Assembly: GCA_027491395.1 (NCBI GenBank) | Contig: JAOZFI010000050.1 | Coordinates: 1-48,115 of the forward strand | DNA from: Thermoproteota archaeon | GTDB taxonomy: Archaea; Korarchaeota; Korarchaeia; Korarchaeales; Korarchaeaceae | DNA length: 48,115 bases | Direction of reading: 5' to 3' | Part shown: in pieces, positions 28,854 to 37,341 of the stretch | Numbering within the stretch: position 1 is the stretch's first letter | Layout: every line of letters starts with the position of its first letter | Translations under genes and position numbers: made by a program | The notes under the pieces: generated by a model | Seen by the model: only the letters and a program-made list of their open reading frames with translations | Told to the model about the DNA's origin: nothing | Databases searched by the model: none

Positions 28854-29092
28854 ATGTCCCTTCTCTTCACGGAGGCCTACCGGACTCTTTCTCCGGAGAG
28901 CAACTCACATCCGAGTCCGATTAGGTTTCTCAGGATAACTCAAGGAGGATAGATCATTCAACTGCTCTGCTGGCGAGATAGATCAGACATGAATCAGCCA
29001 TCATCCTAAGATTAGAATCAGGATGCATCTGCGTTTCAGAATTATCGAAATGGGTATTAGTGATGAACCGCTCTTGGCTATAGCGGGGGCAT

Positions 29093-29746
29093 ATGGGTAA
29101 GAGGACCATCATTGCAATCCTCTTCGCCCCATTCATGCTCAATCTGATCGCCTCGTTTCTTATATACTCAATGGTGCCACGTCATCTCTGGATTTTGAAA
29201 CCGAAAGAAGCTATGAAAGAGCTTTACGTCCTGATATGGAGCTATCAATCCATCTTCATGATAACGATTCAAGTGTCCTTCGGGCTAGCCCTGTTCACCA
29301 AGACTAGAGTAGCATACGACCTGAGGAGAGGAGATATATTGCTGATCGCTTTATTGGTACTGGCAGCAGAGCTCCTGTTCTTCATAGAGAACTCCATTCA
29401 GCCTTACGGATACGAGTGGTTCCTAGATGTGATACGCAGGATCCCCGCTTGGGCCAAGTACATGAATTTCCTAGTAGCTCCATTTACCGCTGGCATATTC
29501 GAGGAGATCATATGGAGGGGATTTGGAATAGGGAGCTTACTAAGATTCACTTCCGAGGTAAAAGCGATTCTAATTCAGGCCATAGCCTTTGCGCTGTGGC
29601 ACATATCCCCTATACACGTGATCTTCGTGTTCTTCATAGGTCTGGCTTACGGCTTTGCTTTCGTTAAGAGAAGGAGCCTAGCCCCTCTGATAATCGCTCA
29701 CATTCTGACGGACTTGATAGGGTTCTCCGTGTTCATCTTCGCATGA
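29093..29746 (+). CDS. CPBP (CAAX/Abi) intramembrane metalloprotease
   Basis: FEEIIWRG, FALWH, AHILTD. Confidence 0.9.
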   Translation: MGKRTIIAILFAPFMLNLIASFLIYSMVPRHLWILKPKEAMKELYVLIWSYQSIFMITIQVSFGLALFTKTRVAYDLRRGDILLIALLVLAAELLFFIENSIQPYGYEWFLDVIRRIPAWAKYMNFLVAPFTAGIFEEIIWRGFGIGSLLRFTSEVKAILIQAIAFALWHISPIHVIFVFFIGLAYGFAFVKRRSLAPLIIAHILTDLIGFSVFIFA

Positions 29747-29796
29747 AAGATGCATAGTGAGTTAGTACCTACTCCCGCCAAGGAGGTATAATGGCA

Positions 29797-30142
29797 TCCC
29801 CTAGCTGCAAGAAACTCCCTGAAAGAGAAAGGAAAGAGGTCTACCGTTACAGATCCTCCTCAGAGATGAGTTGCCACCTCGAGTGAGAGGAGTTTTGAGG
29901 AGGGCCCAGTCACGACGACCCTAGCCCCTTGTCGAGGAGGTTCCTCACTGCCCTCTCCCATACTTCAACACTTTTGGACTTCAACCGGGAGAATCCAACG
30001 GCAGCTCTTCTAGGGCCTACAAATGTTATAGCTCTATTAACACTCATTTTAAGGGGCAAGGAGACCTCTTCCTCACTAAGATCAGGCGGCCTTAGTTCGA
30101 TAGAATCCGCCAATACTCTTCTAAGAGCGATCTGCTAACCAT
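29797..30142 (-). pseudogene. degraded AAA_14/DUF4143-type ATPase
   Basis: GGAGGGG RBS plus ATG 30142; pieces across frames: MVSRSLLEEY / LADS..RAITFVGPRRA / WILPVEVQ / VEVWERAVRNLLDKG / VVVTGPSSKLLSLEVATHL*GGSVTVDLFPFSFREFL; frameshifts, internal deletion and an in-frame TGA. Confidence 0.85.
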
Positions 30143-30586
30143 AACTATACCCCTCCTAAATAGAGGGAAATTAATCACAAGATCTTTCCCTATATATAGA
30201 GAAAATACAGGGTGGTAATGCAGCTACCGCGGACTTTCTTTGCTATGAGGTACCTCAACGAGTAGCTCACGCCAGCTGAATATGTGGTGGCTGGCGGTGA
30301 AGTGGTCTTTTCTTAATGCTGTTGATGGAACGCCTCAAAATCTCGCAATAACACTAGCTCTCAGGATAGCGCGCTACAATGTGATTCCTCAAGCGTTCAT
30401 CGGCTTTGACCATCCTTGTACGGCCTTATTGTTTAAGGTATCCTATAGGATTGTGACCTTCCGTCAGATCGGTTCCCTTGCTGGCACCACGCGAAAAGGA
30501 TCAACCGCGCTTGGGCTGCTTGAATCAACTTAACTGGCGCATCCATGAAGGAGCCCCTCTAATCCTCCCAGTTGATGGACAGCTCG

Positions 30587-30985
30587 TCACTCATAGGAGC
30601 TATAATTAATGGTCTCCTCCATTAAGCACTTGCCCCATATCACATTGATCCCGGCTTTCAAGCACTCTCTGATGACCTCTTCATCCTCAGAGCCCGGTTG
30701 AAACCATATCATCTTTATTCCCATTCGTATCGCGTCTCTCACTACCTCCCTAGCCACAGTGGGGGGAACAACGAGATTCACTAGGTCAGGCTTTTCCGGT
30801 AGACTTCTCAGATCGGGATAGGCCTTATCATCATCTATTTCCTCAGCTCTAGGGTTCACCGGATATACTTTCCTGTAGTATCTCTTGAAAAACCGGTATA
30901 GCCTGTAACCCCACTTCTTCGGGTTTCTAGATGCTCCTACCACGGCGACAGTGTTCTCCCTCTTAAGAAAAGGCTCCAAATTCAT
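30587..30985 (-). CDS. CoA-binding domain protein (YccU-like)
   Basis: VAVVGASRNPKKWG, VYPVNP, YPDLRSLP, IWFQPG, CLM. Confidence 0.9.
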   Translation of the reverse strand: MNLEPFLKRENTVAVVGASRNPKKWGYRLYRFFKRYYRKVYPVNPRAEEIDDDKAYPDLRSLPEKPDLVNLVVPPTVAREVVRDAIRMGIKMIWFQPGSEDEEVIRECLKAGINVIWGKCLMEETINYSSYE

Positions 30986-30994
30986 GTGATCACC

Positions 30995-32428
30995 TCACTC
31001 GAGCTCCTTTAGGATCCTCCTGACCATTTTCAGTCTCTTCTCCAAACCCTTTATCTCCCTCTGGAGCCTCCATATCCTCCACTTCACGGCTACCCTCTTC
31101 AAGGGGTTGACCCTCCTAGATAAAAGTGCCTCCACGATGTTCCTCCTGTCCTCTATCGCCGCTTCCAGTAAGAGGCTCGCCTCCATGGCTTCCGTCCTGT
31201 AGGGCTCTAGGTCCTCCTCTAAGAGACCAAGCTCCCTCTCGTACTCTTCTTTGAGCATCTGGTATACCGCTTCATCCATGACCTCCTTCCTGCCCTCCAA
31301 GGTGCTGAGCAAGTCCCTCATCTCATTCCTCCTCTTAACTAAGTCCTTAACGACATCTGACCTCAGTCTGGCCGGAGGTAAGGACCATATCTCAGGAGAT
31401 CTGACTGAAATACTCTTAATTCCTCTTTCCTTAGCTTTGACCCTAGATTTTGGGGCCCTCCTTACGAATTTCTTCTCACTCCTTCCTCTTCCACTCTCTC
31501 CCTTTATCCCCTCCTCTATCACCTCATCCTTCAACTTCCTTCCTGCATCCTCGGTCTCAGATACGGTGATCTCCGTCTGGATCGAGAGGAACCTGACCAC
31601 CTCTTGCAAGCTGGGAGGGGGTCTTGGCTTGGGATTCGGGGTGGAACCCAAGTGGGCGCTCTTAACACTACCTACCTTCACGAAACCGGGTCTGAAGGTG
31701 AAGGGCCCCTCCACATAAGCCACTCCCCTCTCGAGGCTGCTTATCCTCGAGGCCACGTCCTTGCTGAGCCCCAAGTACTGGATCACAGCGGACAGGTCCC
31801 TGATGTACTCTACCCTCAGGACGATCTTGTTCTCAGCCTGACTGAGCAAAGTCTTCGAAACCAGCTGGGGCCTCTGGGTTGAGAACATTAGCCCTATACC
31901 CTTTTTCCTCCCCCTAGTTGCCAGTGTATTCAGCCACGTTAGTGTGCTCATCGCCTCCTTGCCCAGGGTGCTTCCAGCTCCCTTCTCAGGAGCTAGCTCC
32001 TTGGCCTCATCCACCACGACTAGAAATCCATCCGAGCTTCCTATCTTCATCAGACCCTCAATGATTCCGGCTGCCAACTTAGTAGAGGTATCTGGCTTGT
32101 ACTTGGACATGTCGAGGATGAAGCTGACTCCCTTGACGGCCACCTGGGCTAATCTACTAGGGGAGGCTCTCGTGAGATCTACATCCCCATCGGGAGATAT
32201 AATAAGCATGTTGAATACATCAGCTAGGGAGGTGTGCTCTCCCTCCGGGTCTATGATACCTACGGGATAGCCCCTCTCCAGCAGCTCCTCAACCACCTTC
32301 CTTATGGTCCAAGACTTGCCGTAACCCGTTTTGGCTATAACGGCAGTCCTTCCCGTCACTAATTCGGCTATTTTCAGTTTAAATTCCTCTCCGCTATCGA
32401 TCTCCCGCCCTAGAACTATCGTGTCCAT
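30995..32428 (-). CDS. HerA/FtsK-superfamily (DUF87) ATPase with C-terminal coiled coil
   Basis: Walker A AKTGYGKS, IIDPEGEH, Walker B VVVDEA, RGRKKGIG, STQRP; no HAS barrel; charged linker and coiled-coil tail. Confidence 0.85.
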   Translation of the reverse strand: MDTIVLGREIDSGEEFKLKIAELVTGRTAVIAKTGYGKSWTIRKVVEELLERGYPVGIIDPEGEHTSLADVFNMLIISPDGDVDLTRASPSRLAQVAVKGVSFILDMSKYKPDTSTKLAAGIIEGLMKIGSSDGFLVVVDEAKELAPEKGAGSTLGKEAMSTLTWLNTLATRGRKKGIGLMFSTQRPQLVSKTLLSQAENKIVLRVEYIRDLSAVIQYLGLSKDVASRISSLERGVAYVEGPFTFRPGFVKVGSVKSAHLGSTPNPKPRPPPSLQEVVRFLSIQTEITVSETEDAGRKLKDEVIEEGIKGESGRGRSEKKFVRRAPKSRVKAKERGIKSISVRSPEIWSLPPARLRSDVVKDLVKRRNEMRDLLSTLEGRKEVMDEAVYQMLKEEYERELGLLEEDLEPYRTEAMEASLLLEAAIEDRRNIVEALLSRRVNPLKRVAVKWRIWRLQREIKGLEKRLKMVRRILKELE

Positions 32429-32469
32429 CGTAGGTCATCACTTCCCTGGAAATTTAAGGGGACCGGCGT

Positions 32470-32560
32470 AAAGTTAGAAAAATCAGATAAATAAAATAAA
32501 ATTAGATAAGTCTAAGTTAACTCCGTGAACTTTATGTTTCGCGTAACGATTTTAAGTTAT
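32470..32560. promoter_or_regulatory. AT-rich divergent promoter with inverted repeat AAGTTAAC-N3-GTGAACTT
   Basis: imperfect palindrome 32514-32532 upstream of TTTTAA TATA (about 32550); direct repeat AGATAA twice. Confidence 0.5.
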
Positions 32561-32614
32561 ACCATGCGTCAAGACATTACTACGACGGATCTCCCACCTC
32601 GGGAGGCCTGAAAT

Positions 32615-34567
32615 ATGAGGAAGATGTTCTGGTTACCAATCCTGTCCATAGCTGCGCTGACGTTGGCGTTCGCATTACTACCAGTGCTGGCTAACCCCGG
32701 GGAGGTCGGTTTCGGAGATGCTCAGAGCATCGAGGCATCAGCGCAGGAAGTTCTGGCTAGGGTGAGCCCGGAAACTAAGGCCTGTCTGAACTGCCACGCT
32801 GACCCCAATACTGTTAAGATGCAGGTTCCCTATTACGACTGGTTGAGGAGTAAGCACGCCTGGCATACTCCAGATGAACTGGAAGCCTATTACAGGAACA
32901 TCTTCGGAGAGGACGCCAATCTGGCCAGCAAGTTCAAGGGATACCCGTACGTCGTGGGATGTTATGAATGCCACGGAATGTTCGCCGATTCCGACAGGCC
33001 CGATGTCGTTGACCACAATGGCTACAAGATCGTGGTGGATGTGACCCCGAAGGACTGCCAGCAGTGTCACTATAAGGAGACCAAGGAGATGAGCTGGACT
33101 AAGCACGCGTTCGCCGCACTTAACGCTAACCTCAAGCCTTGGTACACCCTCGTACTCCAGAAGACCTATGGAGATGTCGCCAAGGCTGAATACGACAAGC
33201 TGTTCAAGGATGTGGTCGAGTGGCCGTTTTACAAGAAGTACGCGAAGGACTTCTATAACGGAGACGAGAAGGCCGTGAACGCGAGCAAGTACTACTTCTA
33301 CGGCGACAAGTTCAAGTTCGTATCGACCCTCTATCCATCTCACGGGATGCTCACTCACGAGGTGCCCAACCTGACCGCCAACTACTTGGGCATCGACTAC
33401 CACTTCATCATGGAGCACCCCAAGTACAACAACTCCTACGTTTACTTGGCCTGTATGGAGTGTCACGGCTCCGCAGTGCTACCGGCCAAGCCCAACGCCA
33501 TAGTTGGTGTTGACGCGCCCTATGCTAAGGTCGATGGCACTCCCGACATGGTGCTCCTCGGATGGCCCAACAACGGCGCTGGGAGGGTAAACCCCGACGG
33601 GAGCCTTGGCAGCTGCGCCACATGCCACACGAGACATACCTTCAGCATGGAGGAGGCTAGGAAGCCCCACACTTGTGGTCAGTGCCATCTCGGATATGAC
33701 CACCCGCAGATAGAGATCTACGAGGAAAGCAAGCACGGTAACATATACGATTCCGAGGGAGAATCTTGGAACTACACCAACCTGCCGTGGGTGCCCGGAG
33801 TGGACTTCAGGGCCCCGACCTGCGCTACCTGCCACATGAGCCACCTCGCCGACAAGAATGGCAAGATTATAGTGCCGGGAACTCACGACCTCGGAGCTAG
33901 GCTGACTTGGGAGATACAGGCCAAGTGGAGCTTCGGTCAGACGTACTATCCTGACCCACTGAACAACAAGTTCAATAAGAAGAGGCCAGACTGGAAGAAC
34001 CCGCTCACCATGGGCAACGCCGCCCTATCCTCGACTGACAACCCGAGGGGCAGGATGATGTCAGTGTGCAAGAGCTGCCACTCCAGCGAATGGGTGTACT
34101 CGTACTTCACTTGGTACGACAGCGTAAACATGGACTACAACATAACGTGGAAGTACGCAATAGACATGCTCAAGAAGGCCTACGAGCAGGGAATACAGGA
34201 GGATAGGAAGGGCCAGACCATAATGGATAGGAAGGCTTTGGGAGATGACACGGACGAGTACATGGAGATCATGTACTATTACATATGGCACCACGACGGC
34301 AGGAGGTGGAGGATGGGAGCCTCCATGATGGGTCCGGACTACACGCACTGGCTCGGTATAGTCGATACGGTCATGGACAAGCTAGGGAGGATGTCCGCCT
34401 ATTACGAGACCCAGCTCAAGATAAAGCAGCTGGAGAGCAAGGTTGAGAAGGTATCAGGAGCTGGCGTTGGCGCCGGAATGAACATGTTCACCTTCATAGC
34501 GACGGTGCTCTCTCTGGTGGCCATCGTGCTGGTCCTCATCGACATCCTAGTAAGGAGGAAGAAGTAA
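32615..34567 (+). CDS. octaheme cytochrome c, hydroxylamine oxidoreductase (HAO) family, membrane anchored
   Basis: signal peptide; 8 CxxCH (CLNCH, CYECH, CQQCH, CMECH, CATCH, CGQCH, CATCH, CKSCH); GRVNPDGSLGSC, GYDHPQIEIYEESKHG, GASMMGPDYTHW; C-terminal TM plus RRKK. Confidence 0.93.
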   Translation: MRKMFWLPILSIAALTLAFALLPVLANPGEVGFGDAQSIEASAQEVLARVSPETKACLNCHADPNTVKMQVPYYDWLRSKHAWHTPDELEAYYRNIFGEDANLASKFKGYPYVVGCYECHGMFADSDRPDVVDHNGYKIVVDVTPKDCQQCHYKETKEMSWTKHAFAALNANLKPWYTLVLQKTYGDVAKAEYDKLFKDVVEWPFYKKYAKDFYNGDEKAVNASKYYFYGDKFKFVSTLYPSHGMLTHEVPNLTANYLGIDYHFIMEHPKYNNSYVYLACMECHGSAVLPAKPNAIVGVDAPYAKVDGTPDMVLLGWPNNGAGRVNPDGSLGSCATCHTRHTFSMEEARKPHTCGQCHLGYDHPQIEIYEESKHGNIYDSEGESWNYTNLPWVPGVDFRAPTCATCHMSHLADKNGKIIVPGTHDLGARLTWEIQAKWSFGQTYYPDPLNNKFNKKRPDWKNPLTMGNAALSSTDNPRGRMMSVCKSCHSSEWVYSYFTWYDSVNMDYNITWKYAIDMLKKAYEQGIQEDRKGQTIMDRKALGDDTDEYMEIMYYYIWHHDGRRWRMGASMMGPDYTHWLGIVDTVMDKLGRMSAYYETQLKIKQLESKVEKVSGAGVGAGMNMFTFIATVLSLVAIVLVLIDILVRRKK

Positions 34568-34573
34568 GTTAGA

Positions 34574-34608
34574 GGAGCTAAACTCCCCCAACAACATTAT
34601 TTTTTATT
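34574..34608 (+). terminator. probable terminator after the octaheme gene
   Basis: short hairpin GGAG/CTCC followed by TTATTTTTTATT. Confidence 0.55.
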
Positions 34609-34629
34609 CGAGGCGTGAGGGATCCCCCA

Positions 34630-35670
34630 ATGAGAAAGCTAGTAGCGGCGCTGGCTGTCACGTCACTAGCGGATGCTGCAACCCTGTGGATCTCCCAGGT
34701 GTTAGGCCCGTTTCCTTCCGTGGTTCCCTTAGGAAATCCGACCGCTTACAGGAACCTGTATGTGCATGTCCCCATCTCAGTGTCTACTTATCTACTCTTC
34801 ACCTTGGGATTCTTCCTAGCGCTCTCCTACCTCCTCAAGGGAAAAGGATGGATGGAGGAGATGGCCCATTCCTTCATATTAGCGGGCCTCGTGACGGGCT
34901 TCTCCACCCTAGTCACCGGCATGATATGGGCATCGGAATCATGGGGCTCAGCTTGGAACTGGGATCCCAGAGAGACAGGGGTCCTCTTCATGTTCTTAGC
35001 CTTCTTAGTTTACTTGGCTGTCAGGTCTAGCATAAAGGACCCTGATGTGAGGCCCAAGGTATCTATGGCCTTCGCCGTTGCCGCCTACGCCACAATCCCA
35101 CTGAGCTTCTTGGTCCCCTACTTGATGCCCAGCCTGCATCCCACCATGCCGGAGACCAGCATGTTCATCAGAGGAGGGCTCACTCCCCTGATCTTCGGGG
35201 GCAGAATAATCTTGGTCTCACTGGAAGGAGCACTCTTGGCCCTTCTTATTAGATCCGGAGGTGTGAGAGGCGCTAAGCTTGCGGTCATCCCGGTGGTTCT
35301 GGTGGCCGTGCTGTTGCTAGCGATGCAGCTGCCCCCCAACTTGGCAGGGGGCGAGACTCTCAAGGTCCAGGTGATATCTGGCACGATGGAGAACGGGACC
35401 CTACATCTGAAGGTGAGGTCTTCTCAAGGAACTTACGACCTCCTCTACAAAGGGAAACCACCGATAAATCCGCTTTTCGTCACATTCGGTGGGGGGAGGA
35501 GGCTAACTCTGGAGAAGCACTGGCTGCTGGTGGAAGGGAGGGTCGAGGACGGTACCATAGTGGCGAGCAGCCTGAAGCTGATACCCTATTGGGGGAATCC
35601 CGTCAACGCGATGATATACGCGCTAACCCTTTTCACCCTCGCCTACCTAGCAGGGAGGGAGAGGAAATGA
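34630..35670 (+). CDS. ccmC: cytochrome c maturation CcmC with C-terminal extension
   Basis: YVHVP, WWD motif WGSAWNWDPRET, SLHP; extra soluble domain and TM after the CcmC core. Confidence 0.88.
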   Translation: MRKLVAALAVTSLADAATLWISQVLGPFPSVVPLGNPTAYRNLYVHVPISVSTYLLFTLGFFLALSYLLKGKGWMEEMAHSFILAGLVTGFSTLVTGMIWASESWGSAWNWDPRETGVLFMFLAFLVYLAVRSSIKDPDVRPKVSMAFAVAAYATIPLSFLVPYLMPSLHPTMPETSMFIRGGLTPLIFGGRIILVSLEGALLALLIRSGGVRGAKLAVIPVVLVAVLLLAMQLPPNLAGGETLKVQVISGTMENGTLHLKVRSSQGTYDLLYKGKPPINPLFVTFGGGRRLTLEKHWLLVEGRVEDGTIVASSLKLIPYWGNPVNAMIYALTLFTLAYLAGRERK

Positions 35671-36080
35671 AGGGAGTGTTGCTGGCAGCGTCCATAGCCT
35701 TGGTGGTCCTCTTGGTGGGATACATGGCCATAACCTCCAGCTCATATGAGCAGGTATCTCAGCTCGCCAAGTATAGGAAGCCCACGATGGTCACGGTCAG
35801 GGCCCTTGTGGCTGACATCAAGACCCTGCCCGAGAAGGATCTGATACTCTTCTTGCTGGAGGACGAGAACGGGAGCAAGATCTACGCCTTTTATGGCCTC
35901 ACTAGGTTTATCAGCCAGTACGGGGCCCCACCCTCTCACTCGACGGTGGAACAGGAGGTCATCATTAGGGGGATGTTCTATCCCGAGAGGATGGGAGATG
36001 TTCTGGGGAGGATGGAGATAAAGGAGATCCTGCAGGGGTGCCACAAGGCCTACGAGGCCCCTCCAGCCACGGGTGGTTGA
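35667..36080 (+). CDS. ccmE: heme chaperone CcmE, CxxxY (System I*) variant
   Basis: ATGA overlap with ccmC; N-terminal anchor, OB-fold, C-terminal GCHKAY. Confidence 0.8.
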   Translation: MKGVLLAASIALVVLLVGYMAITSSSYEQVSQLAKYRKPTMVTVRALVADIKTLPEKDLILFLLEDENGSKIYAFYGLTRFISQYGAPPSHSTVEQEVIIRGMFYPERMGDVLGRMEIKEILQGCHKAYEAPPATGG

Positions 36081-36710
36081 GTGATACTCGAGTTCAGGGA
36101 TGTGTGGAAGAGCTTCGGGAGCGGGTACGTGATAAGGGGGATCACCCTCTCCTTAGGAAGGGGGGAGCTGGTGGCGATAGTAGGCCCCAATGGTTCCGGG
36201 AAGACCACCATCCTGAGGCTAGCCTCGGGCCTCATAGCTCCCTCGAGGGGAGAGGTACTAGTGGAAGGGAAGGATGCCAGAAGCCCCGCTGCCAAGGCCC
36301 TCCTAGGTTATGTCCCCCACTATCCACCCATCTACGGAGACCTGACCGTTCGGGAGAATCTGATATATTACGCGGGCCTCTACGGATATGCTGACCTGTC
36401 CAACGTAGAGCCCATCTTGAAGGAGCTCGGTCTGGACGCCTTCTTTGACAGGAGAGTCGTCGAGTTGAGTTACGGGTGGAGGAAGAGGGTAGATATTGTG
36501 AGGGCCCTCCTCCACGACCCACCCCTACTCCTTATTGACGAACCGTTCTCCGGACTGGATGACGCAGGGAGGAGGTGGCTGATCGAGTTCCTCACCCGGT
36601 TGGTGTCAGCTGGCAGGACAGTGGTCATGACATCTCCAAGGGCGGATGTGGAGCTGGAAGCGAAGGTGTACGAGATCAGGGAGGGAAGATTGAGTGCTGC
36701 TACAGGTTAA
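36081..36710 (+). CDS. ccmA: heme-maturation ABC ATPase CcmA
   Basis: GPNGSGKTT, LSYGWRKR, LIDEPFSGLD; located in ccm operon. Confidence 0.85.
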   Translation: MILEFRDVWKSFGSGYVIRGITLSLGRGELVAIVGPNGSGKTTILRLASGLIAPSRGEVLVEGKDARSPAAKALLGYVPHYPPIYGDLTVRENLIYYAGLYGYADLSNVEPILKELGLDAFFDRRVVELSYGWRKRVDIVRALLHDPPLLLIDEPFSGLDDAGRRWLIEFLTRLVSAGRTVVMTSPRADVELEAKVYEIREGRLSAATG

Positions 36711-37338
36711 GAGGATCCTGTGGAAAGACCTGAAGCTCGAGGCTAGGAACCTGCCAGAGCTGGGCGGAGCGGCCATATTCTCGGTGGCATCGTCCAGCTT
36801 GCTGGGCTTCTCACTAAGCAGGTTGTCGGTTGAGGATCCCCTTCCCTTTGCAGGTACCGGCCTCATGCTCATCGCCCTCTTCCTATCGGTCTTCACCTCG
36901 GTCATGACCGTTGTGAGGGAGGAGGATCTTGGCACGCTGGATGGAGTCAGGATGTCGCCCGTCGAACCGGTAACCTTCTTCCTAGCGAAACTCCTTCTTA
37001 CTTTCATCCTGTTGGAGACCCTGATCACGCTGTCCTTCCTGACCATCGTGGGTCTGTCTGGCTGGACCGAGGGAGCGATCTACCTCTATTCCCTAGTAGC
37101 CTCATCCGGGGTCTATCTGGCGTCAATATCGGCCCTATCCTCAGCTATTTCCGTCTACCTGAGAGCGAGGGGAGTTCTCTTACCTACCATGATCCTCGTG
37201 CTGAGCCTCCCGATAATTCAGGAGACCCTCTCATTCCTGACCTCTGGGGATTACTCTCGAACCGTGATACTAGCTACTTCGGGCCTCTTGTTCTCACTGA
37301 TCGCCTCTTGGTTGGCTGGTTACATTCTGGAGGTGTGA
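36694..37338 (+). CDS. ccmB: heme-maturation permease CcmB
   Basis: KDLKLEAR, REEDLGTLD, LAKL, LLPTMILVLSLP. Confidence 0.88.
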   Translation: MLLQVKRILWKDLKLEARNLPELGGAAIFSVASSSLLGFSLSRLSVEDPLPFAGTGLMLIALFLSVFTSVMTVVREEDLGTLDGVRMSPVEPVTFFLAKLLLTFILLETLITLSFLTIVGLSGWTEGAIYLYSLVASSGVYLASISALSSAISVYLRARGVLLPTMILVLSLPIIQETLSFLTSGDYSRTVILATSGLLFSLIASWLAGYILEV

Positions 37339-37341
37339 GTA

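Noticed and set aside
28871-28940. Hairpin as an H/ACA guide RNA or SECIS element
   Set aside because: No pseudouridylation pocket, K-turn or ACA tail; no selenoprotein-like in-frame TGA gene nearby
29060-29090. GTGATGA box C-like motif with a small hairpin before the CPBP gene
   Set aside because: No box D at a suitable distance and no recognisable rRNA guide
29860-29862. In-frame TGA as selenocysteine or readthrough
   Set aside because: It replaces a conserved Arg in a gene already broken by frameshifts and deletion
32738-34348. Long antisense ORFs opposite the octaheme gene, and similar shadow ORFs elsewhere in the track
   Set aside because: Explained by codon bias of the real gene on the other strand; no motifs or RBS
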